DNA from: Eledone cirrhosa
Taxonomy: Eukaryota
Assembly (NCBI GenBank): GCA_964016885.1
Contig: OZ024743.1
Span: forward strand, 268,708,001-268,772,000
DNA length: 64,000 bases
Reading direction: 5' to 3'
The position numbers and the translations under genes were made by a program. The notes under the pieces were generated by a model. That model was not told the DNA's origin, made no database searches, and was given only the letters and a program-made list of their open reading frames with translations. Below are positions 55,547-64,000 of this stretch, piece after piece (position 1 is the stretch's first letter; the number at the start of each line of letters is the position of its first letter).

Positions 55547-55791
55547 CCTGTGTCAGTGTTGAACAAAAAGGTGACGTGGTTGCCTTAACACCGTATGGCA
55601 TAAATTCAAGCTGTTCAGTTTGTTGACAAACGAACAAAGAGGCGTTATAATAAGCGTCCGCTAAACTGATGCGTGCATATATGTATGTGTACCTGTATGT
55701 ATATATGTATATATATGTATATATATATATATATGCATGCTACTGTACGTCTGTACACATATATGTATGTACGTATACATACAAACTTACA

Positions 55792-57004
<1,213 letters not shown>

Positions 57005-57047
57005 CTAAATATATAAACGGAAGAAGTTTAGGAAGAATCTGGGGAAG

Positions 57048-59378
57048 ATGTGGACCTACATCTCAGATATGCACCTGTCCAAGTCCCAGATTGATTTCAT
57101 TCTGGTGAGGAAAAAGTGGCGGAATAGTGTTCTGAACACGGAACCATACAGCTATTTCAGTACACTGGCTAGTGACCACCGGCTTGTTATGAGTGAGGTC
57201 CGCGTGAGCTTAAGAAAGAGCAAGACTCAGCCCCGGAGAACAATCTATGACTGGGGAGCTTTCAAGGAAGATGATAAGCTACAGGAGAGGTTCACAGTTG
57301 AAGTGAGAAACAGGTTTAGTGCTATGTGTGGAGAGTCAGAGGAGAGAGATATTAGATGGACTGAGGAGAGTGTGACGAGGAGGTACGGGTACTTCGCCAA
57401 TGCAGTGGCGAAAGCAAGTGAAACCCTGGTGCCGAGGAAAAAGAACAAAGGGAAGCACGTCAGCTCTGCAAACCCAAAAGTGTGTGCAGCCAGAGAACAC
57501 CTGAAAGCTGCCAGGGACCAATTCTATGCTGATCCTACGGAGGAGAGGATGGAGACTGTGGAGGTGATGAGGGAAGAGCTCTGTACCGCTTACACTGAGG
57601 TCAGAGAGGAGGCACTGATAGAGAAGATCAGAAGTGTGGAGAGAGCGGTTGACAGATCTGGATGTAAGGAGAGCTGGATGATCATCAACGAGATCACAGG
57701 GAGGAAGAAAAGGTGTTCGAGTCAGGTCCAGGGAACGGGGCCCGAGGATAGGAAGAGGAAATGGCTAAACCATTTTAGGACCCTACTAGGAGAGCCACCC
57801 TCCACAGCCCAGAGCACTGGGGAGATCAGGCGGCTGTTTGAGGAACTGGATGTTGAGACAGAGCCCTTCACCAGAGAGGAGCTTCAGAGAGCCAAGAAGA
57901 AGATCAAGGAGGGCAAGGCTCATGGAGAAGATGGAGTGGCATCAGAGGTGATGAAGAGGTGTGATTTTGATGATATCATCCTGGGGTTCTGTAACGGGGC
58001 ACTGGAGAAAGGAGTTGCCCCGAATCAGTGGAGGATCAGTAACATCGTCCCAGTGCCAAAGAAGGGAGATCTCTCTAACACCAACAACTACCGGGAGATC
58101 TCACTGACGTCACTTGTGGCAAAGACCTTCAACAGGATGATTCTTAACAGGATCCAGCCTGAGATGGAGAAGAAGGTCAGGGACAACCAGAACGGCTTCA
58201 GCGAGGGTAGATCAACCACCAGTCACATCCTGATGCTGAGGAGGATATTAGAGGGAGCTAGAGCAAAGTGCTTTCCTGCGGTCATGGTTTTCATTGACTT
58301 TAGGAAGGCCTTTGATTCTGTGGACCGTTACTGCCTGATGAAGATCTTACAGGCTTATGGAATCCCCAAGAGGATAGTGGACCTGATATCACTGCTCTAC
58401 ACCAACACCAAAGCCCAAGTCATTACACCTGATGGGATGACAGAGTTCTTTGAGATACTGGCTGGAGTGCTCCAGGGAGATACATTGGCTCCCTACCTTT
58501 TTATCATCGTAGTGGACTATTGTATGCGCCTTGCACTGGAGAAACACCAGGACTCTGGCTTTACTGTAGCACCGGCTCAGAGCAGGAGAGTTGGGGCGAA
58601 AAGGGTATCGGATGCTGAATTTGCCGACGACATAGTTTTGGTGACAAATACAGTGAAGGAGGCAGAGGATTTGATGCGGGAGGTTGAGACTGTGTCGATG
58701 AGTGTGGGGCTGAGAATGAATGACACTAAAACAAAATATCTGGTAGAGAATGTTGAGAAGCCAGAGGGGATCACTAATGTAGGCGGGAAGCCGCTGGAAT
58801 TGGTTGAGGACTTCCTGTATTTGGGAGCAAAGATTGGGAATACGGAAGATGATGTGGTTGAGAGGAAGAGCAAGGCCTGGGCGGCGTGTCACAGCTTGAG
58901 ATCGGTGTGGGAGTCGGACCTTCGTAGAGACCTGAAAATCCGCCTCTTCATTGTTGTAGTGGAGTCTGTGCTGCTGTGTCGGTCTGAGACTTGGACACTG
59001 ACCAAGAGACTCACTCAGATGGTGGATGGGTGCTACACGAGAATGCTGAGGATGGCTCTGAACATTAATCAGTATACACTGAGGATGAAAAACTCAGAGC
59101 TGTATGGGAGCATCCCAAAAGTCAGCTCAAAAGTGACACAGAGGAGATTGAGGTTGGCTGGACATGCTCACCGACATCCAGAGTTGACATTGCACTCAGT
59201 GCTCCTTTGGGAGCCCCTACATGGACACACTAGAAGAGGAAGACCAAGGTTAACATATGTTGATGCCCTAAGGACAGACACTGGTCTGTTGGAGATGCAG
59301 GATATGGCAGCGATAATGAGGGACAGAGACCGCTGGAGAGAACTCGTCCATGGATCTCGGGAATTTTACCCGCCTTAG
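57048..59378 (+). CDS. RTE-clade LINE ORF (end of APE endonuclease + RT), 5'-truncated but open for 776 aa
   Basis: [62 protein letters not shown]; TAGA-like tail. Confidence 0.95.
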   Translation: MWTYISDMHLSKSQIDFILVRKKWRNSVLNTEPYSYFSTLASDHRLVMSEVRVSLRKSKTQPRRTIYDWGAFKEDDKLQERFTVEVRNRFSAMCGESEERDIRWTEESVTRRYGYFANAVAKASETLVPRKKNKGKHVSSANPKVCAAREHLKAARDQFYADPTEERMETVEVMREELCTAYTEVREEALIEKIRSVERAVDRSGCKESWMIINEITGRKKRCSSQVQGTGPEDRKRKWLNHFRTLLGEPPSTAQSTGEIRRLFEELDVETEPFTREELQRAKKKIKEGKAHGEDGVASEVMKRCDFDDIILGFCNGALEKGVAPNQWRISNIVPVPKKGDLSNTNNYREISLTSLVAKTFNRMILNRIQPEMEKKVRDNQNGFSEGRSTTSHILMLRRILEGARAKCFPAVMVFIDFRKAFDSVDRYCLMKILQAYGIPKRIVDLISLLYTNTKAQVITPDGMTEFFEILAGVLQGDTLAPYLFIIVVDYCMRLALEKHQDSGFTVAPAQSRRVGAKRVSDAEFADDIVLVTNTVKEAEDLMREVETVSMSVGLRMNDTKTKYLVENVEKPEGITNVGGKPLELVEDFLYLGAKIGNTEDDVVERKSKAWAACHSLRSVWESDLRRDLKIRLFIVVVESVLLCRSETWTLTKRLTQMVDGCYTRMLRMALNINQYTLRMKNSELYGSIPKVSSKVTQRRLRLAGHAHRHPELTLHSVLLWEPLHGHTRRGRPRLTYVDALRTDTGLLEMQDMAAIMRDRDRWRELVHGSREFYPP

Positions 59379-59570
59379 ATATAGAGCGAGATAGAGATAT
59401 ATAAACACTAAATTGGGATTATACTTAGGTATATCCTAATGTTTGTTGAGCGAGATGGAGTTGGTCAGAGTATCGCTTAAAACTTTCTCTGTTAATGTAT
59501 TAACTATATATGTATATATGTATATATATATATATACATATATATACATATGTATATATATATATATGTA

Positions 59571-59712
<142 letters not shown>

Positions 59713-59744
59713 AGTGTGTGTGTGTGTGTATACATATATACATA

Positions 59745-59953
59745 TATTAATGACGTATTATATTCGTTTTTTCCTGTTCTTTGCCAGGGAACGTTCCCAC
59801 GAACCAAAGTATCGTCTTCCTGTCTTCCTCCGGTTGCAACGTTTTTTGAAATATCCACTTCTGCGTTTACAGATTGACTTTGTTAGTTTCAGAAGATCCA
59901 GTTAAGGGTGAAAGCAGCGATTATTTGCTTAAACTTTAATCTGTTATTTTAAT
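59745..59953 (+). repeat. Penelope pLTR fragment, family D
   Basis: Matches 7880-8088 and the reverse complement of 34262-34470; ends in TA repeat. Confidence 0.85.
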
Positions 59954-59959
59954 ATATAC

Positions 59960-60020
<61 letters not shown>

Positions 60021-60024
<4 letters not shown>

Positions 60025-60224
60025 AACGAGTAGGACCCCAACGGCTGAGCTCAAGCCGTTTCGACGGCTAATTCTGGACTGAATTAGTCCAGAATTAACC
60101 GTCGAAACGGCTTGAGCTCAGCCGTCGGGATCCTACTCGTTCCTATTACCCACTCTACTACCCTAAGTATAGAGTAATTTGGTGCGTTAAGTTCCATCTG
60201 GTTCCTTACCACATTTCCTTCGTT
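60021..60224. mobile_element. Fold-back element, family C (60-bp arms, 5-nt loop)
   Basis: 60021-60080 / 60086-60145; (TA)n both sides. Confidence 0.9.
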
Positions 60225-60622
60225 ATATATATATATATATATATTTAAAAGAATAGAGGTGTAATACACGAGTTATGATGTATCGGTAAACGGAAAAGAA
60301 AATGCTGACAAATTGTTCACAGTGAAAAATAGTTTAATTAGGAATAAGTGAAAATTAGTAATAGTATTGTTTAGTATTCAGTTTTGGTTTTAAGTTGTAC
60401 CGGTTGCGCATTTCTAATGCTTTTCAAAAATAATTTTGAGATAGAGCGTCCGTGATGTTTGCTCTAATCTGATTAGTTTTGGAAATTCTACCTTTTTTTA
60501 TGTGAAAAAAGTGGCTCCAGAGGTATTAAAATAAGTTTCGCACCAATTCGTGTTGCAAAAATTCTGTTTGGTCAGTAGATGTCATGTGAATGTTAAAAAT
60601 TGATTTTGCGCCAAATGTAGGT

Positions 60623-60996
<374 letters not shown>

Positions 60997-61064
60997 AACG
61001 TTCGGGTGCTAACCAATTGTATTGTGTGGAAAATTGGGTGTATCATTTCATGTGAGATATATAA

Positions 61065-61141
<77 letters not shown>

Positions 61142-61147
61142 AATATA

Positions 61148-61476
61148 TATATTGTTATACTTTGGGAGCGTCATGTTGCCAATAAAGAACACACGCACCA
61201 GTAGTTTCACTTCAATTTATTATAGTAAATTGATAAATTTAGGAATTTATAAATTTCCGGTTGGTTGGTTGGTTCCACAACCAGTTGGTTGTTTATATAT
61301 TGTCAAAGTTCTTTCGTTACACATTCTGTGACCTCTTCAGTGACTGGGGATTCTTTTCTTTGTTTCTAAATTTCTAAATTCCTAAATTTCTAAATTTATT
61401 ATAATAAATTGAAGTGAAAGCAACAGGTGCGTGTGTTTTTTATTGGCAACATGACGCTCCCAAAGTATAACAATAT
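61148..61476. mobile_element. Fold-back (~110-bp arms) with an HHR-like motif in the loop (- strand 61301-61344)
   Basis: Minus strand GTCA-CTGAAGA-GGTCACAGAATGTGTAAC-GAAA-GAAC-TT-TGAC. Confidence 0.8.
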
Positions 61477-61573
61477 CGGTTTCAACACACGTTTTCAGAT
61501 AAAGAATCTTGGTAAACAACTTCAGAAACTAAATATATATATATATATATATGCATATATATATATATATATA

Positions 61574-62350
<777 letters not shown>

Positions 62351-62376
62351 CTATGGAAGCTTCTTAGCTACCTTCA

Positions 62377-62531
<155 letters not shown>

Positions 62532-62709
62532 TAGATAGATATATGCATATAGATATATGTGTGCGTGCTCACATATAGACAGATATTGAAACATCAATTA
62601 TGTGTATATATATCCAACCAAAATATTATTGAGTATATTGTAGTGTGTATTGTAGGAGGCCAATACATCTGTGATACCTTGTGTGGTAATTGAATCTTCT
62701 ATGTATATA

Positions 62710-63376
62710 CAGTCATGTTTTCATTTAATGACCGCAGGTCGGTCATTAAAAAAAAAGTGACTAAATTAAACGATTTCGAAGATCAAAATAATTTTTTACT
62801 GAAAAATTGAAGAAACCTAATTTTTAAATGTCTTAATATAGTCTGTTATTAGCGGCCTTCTTTTTTTCTTGGTTCTCAGCAAGCTTTCACGCAGTTGACC
62901 AACAATTATCAGCACGCTGTTTTCATTTTTCAGAAAATATCTTTCAAGGCCCTCCAAATATGCCAAGGCGTCCGCATATCCAATTGTGCCCTTGGGCGGA
63001 TCTGTGATGCAAGACTCTTCTAGTTCTTCACATTCCATCGTATCCTCATTGAGATTTTTCAAAAAATCGTCATCAATATCAATCCTCTCGTCCTCAGTTG
63101 GGAAGTAGTTTAACTCTGCTTCTTCTACTAGTGTTTCTTCTAGTGCGTATTTTCTATTATCATCTTGAAATTCTGGTTTCCTCACGGCGACCAGACAAGG
63201 GGAGGTAACTCTGCTTCAAACCACGACACATGAGTATGTTCATTGCAATTTTTGTCAAAAAAACGTGGTCATTAAAAAAATAGTCATTAACTCTGATCGC
63301 CTAGAATTAAATGGCTAGGAATCCGATTTATCGGTCATTAAATAAAAAAAAGTCATTAAATAAAAAAAGCCACTGC
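62710..63376 (-). mobile_element. Internally deleted pogo/Tigger-like DNA transposon
   Basis: Imperfect TIRs CAGT..TTTAATGAC / GTCATTAAA..ACTG; ORF 62817-63185 ends ..ADALAYL..L.RYF...KKR..ITDY, typical of pogo C-termini. Confidence 0.7.
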
Positions 63377-63443
63377 ATACATATGTATATATATAATGAA
63401 ATGACAGGAGGCTGGATTTGTGTAAATCCTTGAAAGGTTTATT

Positions 63444-63501
63444 ATACTATGATCATTTCAATGACCGGGTTCCGTATGAATCCGGTGATATCTTCAGGTA
63501 T
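63444..63501 (-). ncRNA. Minimal type I hammerhead ribozyme motif
   Basis: ATAC-CTGAAGA-TATCACCGGATTC..GGAACCCGGTCATT-GAAA-TGATCA-TA-GTAT then AATAAA. Confidence 0.78.
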
Positions 63502-63606
63502 TCGAAATATAATACGTGAATGTAATAGATAAAATCCATGGGGCTGAAAATCGAGGGCCCGAGGGCAACCGCTATTCTGTTCCGTCAACCTCAGCCGGTC
63601 GCCCTC

Positions 63607-63641
<35 letters not shown>

Positions 63642-63669
63642 TCGTTGACAAATATATCAATGTGCCCAT

Positions 63670-63907
63670 AATAACAGATTAAAGTTTAAGCAAAGAATCG
63701 GTGCTTTCACCCTTAACGGGATCTTCTGAAACTAACATATATATGGGTTAGTTTCAGAAGATCCCGTTAAGGGTGAAAGCAGCGATTCTTTGCTTAAAAT
63801 TTAATCTGTTATTTTAATAAATATTTGGTCTACGGTTCTTATATATTTGATATATATTTATCCTACTCGAGCCCTCTCTGGATTTTAGTCTTCAAATTTA
63901 TTATTAT

Positions 63908-63911
<4 letters not shown>
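63670..63911. mobile_element. Fold-back of Penelope pLTR family D (67-bp arms, TA-rich 10-nt loop)
   Basis: 63670-63736 / 63747-63813; right arm continues as in 37490-37650 into (TA)n. Confidence 0.92.
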
Positions 63912-63979
<68 letters not shown>

Positions 63980-64000
63980 ATATATATATATATATATATA

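Larger units (their letters stand above)
55133..55791. mobile_element. Large fold-back (~320-bp arms) carrying two outward-facing hammerheads
   Basis: Arms meet at ~55459-55480; near-perfect reverse complement including microsatellite-like outer parts. Confidence 0.95.

Overview
Repeat-dense, AT-rich eukaryotic DNA. The SINE types and the (TA)n/(CA)n load suggest a coleoid cephalopod such as Octopus (inference). Most ORFs in the track are microsatellite artefacts. Supported content: a near-full-length frameshifted L1/Tx1 LINE (-), two copies of one RTE LINE (one with a 776-aa open ORF, one 5'-inverted), two clear Penelope-like elements (PLE) plus remnants, a CRE-like 3' end, Helitron pieces, pogo- and piggyBac-type non-autonomous elements, an LTR with PPT, and many tRNA-derived SINEs. 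Five small phase-compatible + strand exons (8.3-34 kb) suggest much of the window is intronic in an unidentified host gene. The most notable signal is about a dozen fold-back (inverted-repeat) elements from several unrelated families. Nearly all abut (TA)n, and their symmetry axis repeatedly lies just 5' of, or inside, a minimal hammerhead-ribozyme (HHR) core. One family is directly linked to the pLTR of a Penelope element in the window. All calls were made by eye; coordinates of degenerate repeats are approximate.
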